From: Octopus vulgaris
Lineage: Eukaryota
Direction of reading: 5' to 3'
NCBI GenBank assembly: GCA_951406725.2
Contig: OX597824.1
Location: 90,396,001-90,460,000, forward strand
Length of the DNA stretch: 64,000 nt
The notes under the pieces: generated by a model
The model's database searches: none
Told to the model about the DNA's origin: nothing
Seen by the model: the letters and a program-made list of their open reading frames with translations, nothing else
Program-made: the position numbers and the translations under genes
Shown: positions 14,401 to 27,993 of the stretch, piece after piece
Position numbering within the stretch: the first letter of the stretch is position 1
Layout of the letters: every line of letters begins with the position of its first letter

Positions 14401-14789
14401 CATCAATAACACCTGCAGGAAATAACACAAATCTCTTTGAGGTCCTATATAACCAGCAGAGAGTTATTTAGATAAATATGAGCCGAGGGATATAACTCAC
14501 TGCCATACATTTGAACAACGAATACAGATATGATGATTACTGAGCCAAAACCACGTGTCCACGATTGTCATCTTATCTCCAGACAGTAAGCCTGTTCTTA
14601 ATGGCTTGACAGTTTCGGAGAACATTTTACTCTTAAGATTATCTCCCCTTGTCAAGTGGAGCTGGTCGTAATAACTGTTTGTTAATTACGATGCATCCTT
14701 CAGAGGTAGAGAATAATTTTAATAAATCAAGTACTTAGATTGTATGGTATTTGATACGCTCGCATCTATCTGTATAGATATCTTGTTCG

Positions 14790-15010
14790 ACAGAGAAAAC
14801 TCCACCTCTCTGTCCTAATTCGTATGGATACCATGGCATCATGAAACCAAACCTATCTCCATAACCTGGAATATTGTGATCAGAGCAAATACATACGCTA
14901 ACTGAGCCAAGAATTGTAGATTGTGCTTTACTGAGAAATACTTGATTCAAGAACACTGAACAGAGAGATATTATCTCTGTGCCGTCATCGAAAACAACTT
15001 CTTTTAGAGC
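14790..15010 (+). mobile_element. Penelope-like GIY-YIG endonuclease-region C-terminal relic
   Basis: Manual translation NSTSLS*FVW...[28 protein letters not shown], then after a frameshift [17 protein letters not shown], resembling the Penelope-like C-terminus (CxLCxxEK...CRH). Confidence 0.75.
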
Positions 15011-15058
15011 AGCAGAGTCAATTCTCAGCTGACACTTTCATTATTATACAAAATCGTG

Positions 15059-15139
<81 letters not shown>

Positions 15140-15248
15140 GTACATACATACGTACGTACATAAATACATACATACATACATACAAAGGAATAGCAAGGTG
15201 CGAGAAACTGAGAAATGCATAGAGTTAGACACATACACACACAGTCAT

Positions 15249-15317
<69 letters not shown>

Positions 15318-15847
15318 CGAGAAAAAGGAAGAGAGATGCGCATATTCTTAGACCAACTGATCAATGTATACGTTTACATAAGACACTAACTAGATGGTGT
15401 CTGATAGACATCAGGTCTGACCAAAGGTAAAGGCAGAAATCTCCCTACATTTACGGTTAGATATTTGATGTCCTTTCGAGTTGTAGTCACGACACACGGC
15501 CACGACTTGGCACACACAAAGACTGAAGACTTGTGGGTGGGCGGGTGTATGTTGGGTATTGTATTTGTTTCCGTATTAGAATATTGGCCATTTACTTGAA
15601 TTTCATACGTAAAATTAATAATTTTTAAATAACAGATTAGGAATTAGTGTTTTCTTTAAAAGAAATCTTTTCTAATTAATATTTTTTGTTATAGTTTGTG
15701 TAGGGGCATCAACATCATTGCCGTCATCTTCGTCGTTGTCGTCATCATCATCATCGTCATCATCATTACCACTACCACCACCATCATGACCACCATCATC
15801 ATCATCATCATCACTACCACCATCACTACCACCACCACCACCACCAT

Positions 15848-15881
<34 letters not shown>

Positions 15882-16279
15882 GTCATCATCATCATCGTCA
15901 TCATCATCGACACCACCATCACCACCACCACCACCACCACCACCATCATCAACATCATCAGTACCGCCCCCACTCATTCACACACTCCCCCTCTCTTTCC
16001 TCCGCATCCCATCTACCTCCTCACCTCTTCTCCCTCTCTCTCCTCCATCCTTCACTCATTCACACACTCCTTCTTTCTCTTCTCCTCACCCCCTCTACCT
16101 CCCTACCTCTTCTTTTTCCCTCTCTCGCTCTCTTCCTTGCTCCCTCCCTCTCCTCCCCAATTCTTCAGTCATTCACGCATTCCCTCTCTCCCTCCTCCAC
16201 TCCCCTCTTATCCTTTTCTGCCCTCTCCCTGCTCTTCCCTCACTTCTGTCTTCCTCCTCCTACCCCTCACCACTCCTGC

Positions 16280-16385
16280 TCACCTGCCTTTCACCTGATT
16301 GGTCCGTAGACCAGCAGACAGGAAATTGCAGTGGCCGACCAACAACCGGAAGTGAATTAATTTCTCGTGGAAATATAAAGTAACA
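16280..16385. promoter_or_regulatory. Candidate cis-regulatory island (two E-boxes, CCAAT, two ETS sites)
   Basis: CACCTG at 16281 and 16292, ATTGG at 16298, ACAGGAAAT at 16318, ACCGGAAGTG at 16345; motif evidence only. Confidence 0.4.
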
Positions 16386-16596
16386 AAAATATCAAATAAG
16401 GGGAATAATTAAAACAAAGCAAAACGACAAGATCTACAACAACAGCAACAACAAGACGAGCCACGGCAGTTTTACCGCTCACAAAAATACATGCGCGCGC
16501 ATGATCATATCTGAACGAAGAGACTGGCAGACAGACGCACTTTATGTATGTATGTATGTATGTATATATGTATGTATGTATGTATCTGTCTATCTC

Positions 16597-16675
<79 letters not shown>

Positions 16676-16676
16676 C

Positions 16677-16707
<31 letters not shown>

Positions 16708-16708
<1 letters not shown>

Positions 16709-17410
16709 AGCCCATGCCGTCCACCAGCGCCTCCGTCGTGGGACGCTGGACCGACGGCCCGGTTGAGTTGCTCGGGGTCTGGTTTGGTCCGGACCTCCAA
16801 GTGGAGAAGAACTGGAACGAGATAACGAGTAGGGTGGTCACTCTCGCCCGGCAATGGGCCGAGAGGAAACTGTCCCTAAAAGGTCGAGCGGAGGTGGCGA
16901 ACACGTACATCGCGTCCGTCATCTACTACCGCCTGACCGTCGTACCTTGTCCCGACCCTACCATCACCAAACTACAACGCATCCTCTTTCGCTTCTTGTG
17001 GAAAGGATGCGTCCCGATGGTCAGGCGATCCATTTGCTGTCAACACCCGTTAAAAGGAGGGCTGGGCATGCCGTGGTTGATGATGCGCAGACACGCGCTG
17101 AGACTGCGGCATCTCTGGCTCTATGTAGACGACGGTGAACAGGTGTGGTCGCCGTTTGTGAGGCACACTTTCCCGCAGCTCGTCTCCATGACCGAACTGC
17201 AGTCGTGGATCAAAAAGAGGCCGAGGAAGGGCGAATGGCACCGCGAGTGTCGCGTTGCTCTCAAGCAACTCTGCCGTCCTGGGTCGACCTTAAGTGACTT
17301 CAACACAACCAAAGCATTCTATAGGGGTTTAGTGGAGGGGAGGTACGACGACGAGCTCGGGGCGAACCTGGACGTCGACGAGGAGTAGCCCTGTGTGGCT
17401 AATAAAGAAA
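16708..17410 (+). mobile_element. Tx1-like (L1 clade) ORF2 fragment joined to its 3' terminus, within (TCTA)n
   Basis: Open, GC-rich frame LLGVWFG...WAERKLSLKGRAEVANTYIASVIYY...FRFLWKG...KGGLGMP (L1/Tx1 post-RT region), then GCCCTGTGTGGCTAATAAAGAAA; TCTA repeats on both sides. Confidence 0.9.
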
Positions 17411-17494
17411 CATATCTATCTATCTATCTATCCATATCTTTCTATCTATCTACCTATCTATCCATCTATCTATCTATCTATCTATCTATCTATA

Positions 17495-17550
<56 letters not shown>

Positions 17551-17939
17551 CATATCTATCTATCTGTCTGTTGAGCTGTCTGTCCGTTTGTCAGTCTATC
17601 TATCTTTCTTTCTCTCTTTCTTTCTTTCTTTCTTTCTTTCCTTCTTCTTTCTCTCTGTTTTCTTCCTTCCTTCCTTCGTTTCTTTCTCTCGTTCATTCTT
17701 TCTTTCAATCCGTCCAACCATCCACACATCTTCCATCCATCCATCCATCCATCCATGCAGCTATCTTCATTCTAATCTCTCTCTTTCTCCCTCTCTTTCC
17801 CTTTCCTTCTCTCTCTCTCTCTCCCTCTCTCTCTCACAACATATGTAAAGCAAAGGAGATGATTGTTACGTCGAAGTTTCGCCGTGATCAGCTTTTCAAA
17901 CAGTGACACATTAACAAAATTCAAACACTCACATACATA

Positions 17940-17989
<50 letters not shown>

Positions 17990-18075
17990 ACACACACACA
18001 TACATACATACATACATACATACATACATACATACATACATACATACAATATGTATATAGATATGTACTTATATG

Positions 18076-18116
<41 letters not shown>

Positions 18117-18399
18117 ACACAGGTACATATATACATGCATATATATGCACACACGTTCATAGGTCGCGCATGCACATGCATATACTCACACACACGCACA
18201 CACACACTCGCACACGCGTACGTGCGTACACGGTGTGCCTGCTTCTATCTTTCTTTCTCTTTCTCCTTTCACTCTCAGACAACTCCAGCTCCTACTCCAC
18301 CCCCTCTAAATTGTCTCTACCTCTCTATACCCCTCCAAAAACCCCCGTTGCACTCCCCCCTACTACAACCTGCACTTCTTCTCCTCTCCCCATCCTCTC

Positions 18400-18750
18400 A
18401 CACTACCGACGTCATTCCGGAAGATGTCGGGACTGCGCGATTTAAAATAAAAATAAAGAAAGAGAAAATTACAAAAAATAATAATAATAATAAAAAGTAA
18501 GGAAGATGCTGGCGAAATGAAGAGGAGCAAATGATGGTGAGAGAGTGTGTCCTGGGAATCACCGCTAGAACAATACTGTGGCTGATTGGTTTAAAATTCT
18601 CCTCATTCGCTGTGATTCTCGGCTGAACTCAATACAAACCTGAGTCGCTGGTTCCAGAGAGGCCAAACCGAAAGATTCACACCCAACCACCAACCAAACC
18701 ACGCCACGTCACGCTCCGACGCCGACTCCTCTCCTTATTTCCATAAAAGA
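18400..18750. promoter_or_regulatory. Candidate cis-regulatory island (CRE-like, TTCCGGAA, CCAAT)
   Basis: GACGTCA at 18408, TTCCGGAA at 18415, CTGATTGGTT at ~18582, CCACGTCAC at ~18704; relatively CpG-rich. Confidence 0.4.
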
Positions 18751-18780
18751 TGCTACAAATACAAACACGAACACACACCA

Positions 18781-18811
<31 letters not shown>

Positions 18812-18861
18812 TTATGTGTGTATATATATATACATATATACATTCTCTCTTTCTCATTTCC

Positions 18862-18896
<35 letters not shown>

Positions 18897-19133
18897 ATTT
18901 ATATATACACATACACATGCACGCACATACACATATTCATACATACACACAAACATACACACACATACATACATATACATACATACATACATATACACAC
19001 ATACCTATATGCATACACATACTTATATACACATATACATACACACTTACATGCATGCATACATACATACATGCACACATACTTGCATACATACATATAC
19101 CTACATACACACATACACACTTACAAACATACA

Positions 19134-19169
<36 letters not shown>

Positions 19170-19338
19170 TATATATACATACATACATACATACATACAT
19201 ACACACACATACATACATACATACATACATACACACATACACACACATACATACATACATACATACACACATACACACACACACATACATACATACGTAT
19301 AATATACACATACATACATGCATACATACATACATACA

Positions 19339-19370
<32 letters not shown>

Positions 19371-19562
19371 CAATCGGTTATGTTGCTGACGTTTTTTTAC
19401 TGTTACTTTTTTTTTATTATTTTATTACATTTTTGTAGATTATTTTGTAGTTTTTACTCTTGTTGTTTTTGTTGTTGTTGTTAAAGTTTGTTAGAATTAT
19501 TGTTGTTATTGTTTGTTTTGTTATCCCTGTTGTTGTTGCTGTTACTGCAATTCCGTGTGAAC

Positions 19563-19880
19563 GCGCGTGGCTTAGTGGGTAGGGTTTCCTGCTGACGACC
19601 GTAAGTTCGAGCGTTCAATTCCCCACGGCGCTTTGTGTCCTTAAGCAAGACCTTTCATTCCACGTTGTTCCAGTCCACTCAGCTGGCAAAAATGAATTGT
19701 ACCCGTAATTCGAAAGGAGCCACCCTTATCAGATTCTGTGTCACACTGAATCTCCATGAGAACTACATTAAGAGTCCGCATGTCTGTGGAGTACTCAGCC
19801 GTTTTAATTTCACGAGTAGGCTGTTCCGTTGATCGGATCAACTGGAACACTCATCGTCGATATCGACGGAGTCCCAGTGC
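19563..19880 (+). mobile_element. tRNA-type SINE family 3 (OR-like)
   Basis: A-box-like TGGCTTAGTGG, B-box-like GTTCAATTCCC, tail CTGTTCCGTTGATCGGATCAACTGGAAC...GACGGAGT shared with the copies at 37.1 and 45.7 kb. Confidence 0.85.
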
Positions 19881-20017
19881 CAGTATCGTATTTGTTACCG
19901 TTGTTATAACATTTTTTTAAGTGGTTGTTGTTGTTGTTGTCTTGCTATTTCGTTGTCGTTGTTGTTATGATGTTTGTAATTGTTGTTGTGTTTGTTGTTT
20001 GTTATTGCTTGTGTTGT

Positions 20018-20410
20018 GGCGGCAAGCTGGCAGAATCGTTAGCACTCCGGCGAAAAGCTTTGCGGTATTGCGTCTGTCTTTACGTTCTGAGTTCAAATTC
20101 CGCCGAGGTCGACTTTGCCTTTCATCCTTTCGGGGTCGATAAATTAAGTACCAGTTGCGTACTGAGGTCGATATAATCGACTTACTCTGTTTGTCTGTCC
20201 TTGTTTCTCCTCTCTGTGTTTAGCCCCTTGAGGGTAGTAAAAAAAAAAGGTATTTCGTCTGTTTTTACGTTCTGAGTTCAAATTCCGCCGAGGTCGACTT
20301 TGCTTTTCATCCTTTCGGGGTCACTAAATACGGTACTGGGGTCGATCTAATGGACTGGCTCCCTCCTCCACAAAACTTCGGACCTTGTGCCTAGAGTACA
20401 AAAGATCATT
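20018..20410 (+). mobile_element. SINE family 2 tandem: tail-B copy fused to a headless tail-A copy
   Basis: First unit ends TTAGCCCCTTGAGGGTAGTAAAAAAAAAA at 20248; second starts GGTATTTCGTCTG and ends CCTTGTGCCTAGAGTACAAAAGATC. Confidence 0.88.
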
Positions 20411-20429
20411 GCTAGTATTGTAGCGGCGA

Positions 20430-21476
20430 ACTGACACATTTTGCTTTACGAGTTCAATAAAGGCAACAATGCAACGGAAGGTGCGAAGAATATTAATACA
20501 GTATATGGGGATTGAACAATCAGCGTAAGCCAGTGTCAACGGTGGTTCCAGAAATTCTAAACTGGAAACTACAGCCTAGAAGACGAGCCTTGTCCTGGAA
20601 GATCTGTAGCGCTCGACGAGGACGTCCTGTAAATCTTGGTGGGACAAAATCTCATTGTAATTGTTGAGAAACTAGCAGAGAAGCTTGAATTTGGTTATTC
20701 AACCATTCATAGAGACCTGAGTGCCATCGGAAAAGTCAGCAAATTGGGTCAATGGGTTCCTCACAAACTTTCCGCGTCTAATAGCGTGCAGAGTGTGAAT
20801 GTGCGCTCTTCCTTGCTGTCACGTCTCACGAATGGACTTCTTTTTTGGACAGAATAGTGACTGGTGATGAGAAATGGGTTCTCTATAAAAATGTCAAGCG
20901 CCGAAGGCAGTGGGTAGGGAAAGGAGAAATACTGGCACCCCAGGCTGAAGAAGGTCTTCACCTACATAAGGTGTTATCTGTTTGGTGGGATATGAAATGT
21001 TTAGTCCACTTTGAACTTTGAAACCCAAAGCAAACGATAACAAAGGAGATCTACTGCGAGCAGCTTGAGCGGTTTAAACCAGCGCTGGAAGAAAAACGAC
21101 CATCTTTGATTTCAAGACGAGAGGTGTTCTTCCATCAGGATAACTCATGGCCACACACAGCGGGGATGATATTTCAAAGGCTGGAGCAGTTTGAATGGGA
21201 AACGATGCTCCACACACCATATTCGAAGGACATAGCTACATCTGATTATCATTTATTCCGCAGTCTTCAAAATCATTTGGACTGAAAAAATATGAATTCT
21301 GTAGACGAGGTCAGAACAATATTGGGGGAGTATTTTTCATTATGGGCAAGCGAATTTTGGAAGTTTACTAGATAGGTGGAGAGTATATTTTAGGCTAAAA
21401 ATGAACTTATTTTTTTTTAATTTTGAAAAATAAAAGCAGTATAAAAAAGACTCATTATTTATGGGATGACTCAAGA
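20430..21476 (+). mobile_element. Mariner (DD34D) transposon, near-complete inactivated transposase
   Basis: HILLYEFNKGNNA...QRWFQKF, WVPHKL, IVTGDEKWVLY, HQDNSWPH and YSKDIATSDYHLFRSLQ motifs with several stops and frameshifts; TIR-like TTATGGGATGACTCAA at the right end. Confidence 0.93.
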
Positions 21477-21769
21477 AGAGAAGAAAAGAGGTGATTTTGT
21501 TTTAGATGAAAGAGTTCATCTGTCATCGCCCGGTTTAACATCATCGTATTCTTAAGTGACTTTAGCGGAGACAAGAATGTTGCGAAATCATTTGGGATTG
21601 GTCTCCAGTTTTTATGTAAGATTTGAACGAGGATTTAAAAGGAGTGACGAGTACTTGTTGTTATGTCTCTTTGACTAAGTAAGAGTAAAAAGAATAAAAA
21701 CTAAGAGGGAGACGAAAAAATGTGAAGCTTGTATGAATGGCGCATCTGTTACGTAAACCATACAGAATA

Positions 21770-21885
21770 ATATTGGTTTCAAATTTCGGCACAAGGCCAG
21801 CAATTACATTGACTACAGTGGTCAACTTATTTTGTCGATCTCGAAAGGTTGAAAAGCAAAGTTGACTTCGGTGGACCTTTATGCT
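21770..21885 (-). mobile_element. Old SINE family 2 (tail A) fragment
   Basis: GGCACAAGGCC...GAAAGGTTGAAAAGCAAAGTTGACTTCGGTGGA, a diverged reverse complement of the body. Confidence 0.7.
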
Positions 21886-22125
21886 CACCAACACCGTTGA
21901 CCATTCACCAATATAACGAACTGTTTCGGAAATAAGGAGACATACTGTTTGATTATTATTTCGCTCCTTGATTGGTCTTTCTCCAAGACTCCTAATAATT
22001 CCAGGATCTTTCGTGAGAATATTTTGTATTTGTCTTTGAAATTTTTTATTTGTTTTTATTTGAAATTTTTTAGATTTGTTTTTATTTCTTATTTACTCTA
22101 TGAATAATGTAAAAAAAAAATAGTG

Positions 22126-22290
22126 TAGGCATGGCTGTGTGGTTAAGGAAGCTCGCTTTGTAACTACGTGGTATCGGGTTCAATCTCACTGCATGACACT
22201 TTGGGCAACTGTCTTCTACTATAGCCTCAGGTTGACCGATGTCTTGTCAGGGAATTTGGTAGACGGAAATTGTGCGGAAGCCCATCGTAT
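22126..22290 (+). mobile_element. SINE family 1, 5' half
   Basis: AGGCATGGCTGTGTGGTTAAG...TTTGGTAGACGGAAATTG followed by TCTA/CCTA microsatellite. Confidence 0.8.
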
Positions 22291-22345
22291 ACATACATAT
22301 CTATCTATCTGTTCGTCTCTGTCTGCCTGTCTGTTTGTCTGTCTC

Positions 22346-22413
<68 letters not shown>

Positions 22414-22502
22414 CTTACCTACCTACCTACCTACCTACCTACCTACCTACCTACCTACCTACCTACCTATATACCTACTTACCTACCTTCCTACCTACCT
22501 AT

Positions 22503-22590
<88 letters not shown>

Positions 22591-23046
22591 TAGTACGTAA
22601 TACAATACAGAATAATATTACATACCAAAAAATATAAACACGGAAAGCAGAGACCCAGCAAAATAAATTATAACAAAAACCTTGAGACAAAAAACTCAAA
22701 GTACTTCTTGTACTTCTCTGAATGCCGTGCATTCGGCAGTTTAAGCATTGTACCCAGCCATAAACTTTCAACTAAAAACAAACTAATGGTTAATAAACGT
22801 CACCAAATCGATTCAAATCTTGTCACCGTTGATTTAGCTTATATTTTTTAGGGGGAAAGGGGAGATAAATCAGATATTTGTTATATAATATTGATGGTTT
22901 AGGCTATTTGTAGAAAAAAAAAGGATTTTTTTTTCCTTTCTAGAATTTCACCGTTGCGTTCTTCAGTGACTGTCTATCTATCGGTTTGTCTGTCTGTCTG
23001 TCTGCTGTCTGTCTGTCTGTCTGTCCGTCTGTCTGTATGTCTGTCC

Positions 23047-23116
<70 letters not shown>

Positions 23117-23698
23117 ATTTCTATCTATCGATTGATCGATTTATCTATCTGTATATCCATCTCAAATACACACACACACACACACACACGCAAATACACA
23201 TATACACAGACGCAAACACACACACACACACATGCATACGTCCATATATACATATTTACATAGATATCCACCTATACACATATACTTACACACACACACA
23301 CACACACACAAGTGGGAAAGGAGAAAAATGATAGATGCCCGATATTGATGCTCGGGATGTTATAATAATAATATTAATATTATTAATAATAAAAATAATA
23401 ATAATAGTCATTATAATGATAATAATAATGATAATAATAATAACAATAATGATAATAATAATAACAATAATAATAATAATAGTAATAATAATAAGGATAG
23501 TTTAGTATAAATGTACACATCCTTACTGCAGTAGCAGTGGCAGTAGTAGTAGCAGCAGCAGCAGCAGCAGTATTAGTGGTTGTTGTTGTTGTTGTTGGTG
23601 TCGTATGAAAGCTGAGATTCATACAGTCATTTTTCCCATTTTAACTGTCAACATCATTTTATGTACCACAGGTTGCTATATAAATTAATGACATCAGC

Positions 23699-23761
<63 letters not shown>

Positions 23762-23951
23762 GTGTATGTGGGTGTGTATGCATGCAAGTATGTATGTATG
23801 TATGTATGTATGTATGTATGTATGCATGTATGTATTTATATATGAGTGTGTGTATATGTGTATGTATACATGTATGTATGTATATATATATATAAATACA
23901 CACACATATAAACAAATATATATTTATATATATATATTTTTTTATATATGC

Positions 23952-23986
<35 letters not shown>

Positions 23987-24076
23987 ATGGTATGTACATA
24001 TATGTATGTATATTCATGGTATACATACATGCATACACACAACATACATACATGCATATAAATATATATCTATATG

Positions 24077-24146
<70 letters not shown>

Positions 24147-24268
24147 CTTCAGTCTGTCTGTCTGTCTACCTGCCTGTCTATGTGTCTGTCTGTGTGTCTG
24201 TCTGTCTGTCTATATGTCTATTTGCCTGTGTGTCTGCCTGTCTGTCTCTCTGTCTCTCTGTCTCTCTG

Positions 24269-24313
<45 letters not shown>

Positions 24314-25118
24314 CATTATTATTATTATTACTATTATTATTATTATATATATGCATACACACAGACACACACAGACACACACAGACACTCACACGCACAC
24401 ACACACACATTCATAGATTTAGCCACAGACATTCCTATTTCTGCATCCATCCATCTACTTCGTCGCACATGTTCACACGTACACATTAATGCTTATATAG
24501 TATACACACGCACACAAACCTACATACATCCATTCATCCACACACACACCCACACACCCACACACACACACACACACATACACACGCACATACACGCACA
24601 CGCACGCATGTATATATATATGGGTAATTCTATGTGTATGTCATAAGGGTCGTGGTTGAAAATATTTGAAGCAACAACAGACGTTTGTGTCTCTACAATT
24701 TCATTGGTCTTCTGTTACATCTGGTCGGCTGTCATCGTTGAAGATGTGTTTCTCGTTAAAAGCCAATTGTCTTCTGCTTGGCATTGCCATAATACAGTTA
24801 GCTGTGTGTCAGCCACATTCCTCTATATTTATACATACAGATAGATTTACATCATCCCACACACACACACATATATATATAACGTGTACAAACATTCACA
24901 CACATACACATACACACATCTGTATGCAAATATAAGAATATATATATTATGTGTGTGTATATATGCACACACACACACACACACATATATATACACACAC
25001 ACACATATATATTTATATATATATATATATGCATGTGTCTGTGTGTGGATGTGCAGACACATATTTGGTGCTCTTTTTTTGCGATATTGCAATATAAGGA
25101 ATGTGTGTGTATATATAT

Positions 25119-25166
<48 letters not shown>

Positions 25167-25175
25167 CTTATATAT

Positions 25176-25222
<47 letters not shown>

Positions 25223-25231
25223 CTTATATAT

Positions 25232-25268
<37 letters not shown>

Positions 25269-25289
25269 CTTATATATACATATACATAA

Positions 25290-25335
<46 letters not shown>

Positions 25336-25399
25336 ATAAAACGGTAAGATAACAAAAGAAAGAAAGAGACCTCAATATTATGTAAATATATATATATAT

Positions 25400-25454
<55 letters not shown>

Positions 25455-26030
25455 TATACGTATATGTATATATACCCCTTCCTCCTACATATATAAGCAT
25501 GTAAATCTGTTGAAAGCCTGTTTCCCAGCCATCATCACACTCCACCACAGCTTAGTACGGCCGCCATGTTTTGGTAACTCTCCTTCTACAACGACTGCTT
25601 TTAACTGTAACTCGATACTAACACCAGTAGTGGTGGTGGTGGTGGTATTCGTTGTTTTATTCTGGTATTAGTTGTAGCTACATTTTGTAGTTGCTGTTGC
25701 CTTTCTTCTTCTTCTTCTTCTTCTTCTTCTTCTTCTTCTTCTTCTTCTTCTTCTTCTTCTTCTTCTTCTTCTTCTCCTCCTCCTCCTCCTCCTCCTTCTT
25801 CTTCTTCTTCTTCTTTTGTATTTCACTTCTAGACCAGAACCACCACCGCCCCCCCCCACCAGTATCGCCACCGCAGCCATCGTTACCCCCCACTCTCGTC
25901 CTTCGTTCATTATCTTTATCATCATGATTGCCAACAATGCGCTCACTGTTGCTGTGGCCGACCCACCGTGACGACCACCTCTGTAAACAACTTCATCATC
26001 GTCGTTATCATCATCATCACCACCATCACC

Positions 26031-26065
<35 letters not shown>

Positions 26066-26280
26066 ACGAAACCAATTTTTTGCCCCACCCGAATGCTAAT
26101 TACTATAAGATAGAAATAAAATACATGCGAGTCAGACCGAGAGAATTTGGATCCCAAACCACAATCTTCAGCACAGAGCTGTTTTGCGAGAAGGTTTGTG
26201 AGCCGATCTGCCAATTATCTCAAGAAATACCTCTCAGTTTCTGCTCGAAAGAGATCTACAGGTCTTAATGTAAAGTCATG

Positions 26281-26372
26281 TGGAGGCACATGGCCTAATG
26301 GTTAGGGCAGCGGACTCGCGGTCGAGGGATCGCGGGTTCGAATCTCAGACCGGACGATGTGTGTGTTTATGT
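26281..26372 (+). mobile_element. SINE family 3 tRNA-like head only
   Basis: TGGAGGCACATGGCCTAATGGTTAGGGCAGCGGACTCGCGGTCG...GGTTCGAATCTC matches the 5' end of the 45710-46092 copy. Confidence 0.8.
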
Positions 26373-26497
26373 CATGTCTCGTAGCTTTTACAGAGTTTAA
26401 AGACCATTGAAGAACAGCAGGTCATGATGTTGGCATTTTGATACCCAACAAGACTCATCATGATACAGGGAACTCTTTTCCAATAATTCAGATGGTT

Positions 26498-26850
26498 ATT
26501 CCGACGAGGTCGACTTTGCTTTTCATCCTTTCGGGGTCGATAAATTAAGTACTTGTTACGCACTGGGGTCGATATAATCGACTTAATCCCTTTGTCTGTC
26601 CTTGTTTGTCCCCTCTGTGTTTAGCCCCTTGTGGACAATAAAGAAATATGAAACGGGCGAAATTCATAGCTAGGTATTTTGTCTGCCGCTATGTTCTGAG
26701 TTCAAATTCCGCCGGGGTCGACTTTATCTTTCATCCTTTTGGGGTCGAATAAATTACGTACCAGTTGCGTACTAGGGTCGATCTAATCGACTGGCCCTAT
26801 CTCTCCCAAAATTTCGGGCCTTGAGCCTAAAAATAGAAAAGGATATTTCA
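26498..26850 (+). mobile_element. SINE family 2 tandem: truncated tail-B copy followed by a tail-A copy
   Basis: Tail B ends CCCCTTGTGGACAATAAAGAAATA at 26648, then the family-2 head region (CGGGCGAAAT...GGTATTTTGTCTGCCG) through to tail A. Confidence 0.87.
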
Positions 26851-27029
26851 GATGGTTTCCAGTCCACCATGTCAGTTAACTTTCTGTTCAACTACAACGT
26901 TCATCCTCATGCTCTCCAACGCCGTGAAATGTTCACTAATACAACAAAGTGTTCCTGAAGAAAGAAGATATAAAACTGGCCGCGGTCAAGTGGCTCAAAG
27001 TATTCAAAACCAGTCGAATTCCCAATACG

Positions 27030-27200
27030 AAGCCCCTCCCCTCGTTCGTTGTTTGATTGGATCTTTTTGATTTTCCGGATGTTTCCGATTGGAGGAGCAA
27101 AATGGCGGCAGTGCAATGGTTTGTATGGAAAGCCTCAGTATGATCTTGGTGCCGCACCAATGATGGCACTTGGTGGCGCATTAGGTGGCACCACAATATC
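27030..27200. promoter_or_regulatory. Promoter/insulator-like island (two CCAAT, ETS-like, YY1-type, two CTCF-like)
   Basis: GATTGG at ~27055 and ~27087, TTTCCGG at ~27072, AAAATGGCGGC at 27099, GCACTTGGTGGCGC at 27166, GCATTAGGTGGCAC at 27178. Confidence 0.5.
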
Positions 27201-27393
27201 GGCTCTTGATCGAAATCACGGACTTTTAGCTTCAAAACTCCTCCTCTTCTGCACCCCACCGACATCCGCCTCTCCTCCTTCCTCCTCCCTCTCCATTTCC
27301 CTCTCTCTTCCTTATTCACCCCTTCCCTCCACCCTCCACCTTCTTAACATGGCAACGGATCGAGTCTTCGTTGCTGCAACGACGACGACGACG

Positions 27394-27450
<57 letters not shown>

Positions 27451-27659
27451 ACGATAACTACTACCACCACCGCCACCACCACCACCGCCACTATAACTAG
27501 CACCGCCGTCACCACCACCACCACAGCCCCCCCCAACTACCGCCACCACCGCACACGCCAATCTATTCACAATCAGCGCCATCACTATTTCAATGTGACT
27601 ACCACATCCACGACCACAATCATCATCATCACCATCATCACCATCATCACCATCATCAC

Positions 27660-27692
<33 letters not shown>

Positions 27693-27776
27693 TGACATAA
27701 TACACCACCACCACCACCACCACCACCACCACCACCACAACCACCACCACCAGCACCACCACAACCACCACCACCG

Positions 27777-27809
<33 letters not shown>

Positions 27810-27940
27810 TCAGCCACAGTACACAACAACAAGTACAACAACATCTCAAATTATCCACTGCAATAAAATACGCCGACCACTCTCGGTCGGTTGTCGTCGT
27901 AGCTTTGCATTCTGATGTTTAATACACACACGCACAAGCA

Positions 27941-27993
<53 letters not shown>

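Noticed and set aside
20430-21476. SETMAR-like domesticated transposase gene
   Set aside because: Multiple in-frame stops and frameshifts and no SET-domain exon.
27049-27915. 288-aa ORF with poly-T/H/Q tracts resembling a transcription factor
   Set aside because: Non-ATG start, no recognisable domain, and the low-complexity part is ACC/ATC/CAA microsatellite; a regulatory reading of the 5' part fits better, though a short exon is not excluded.
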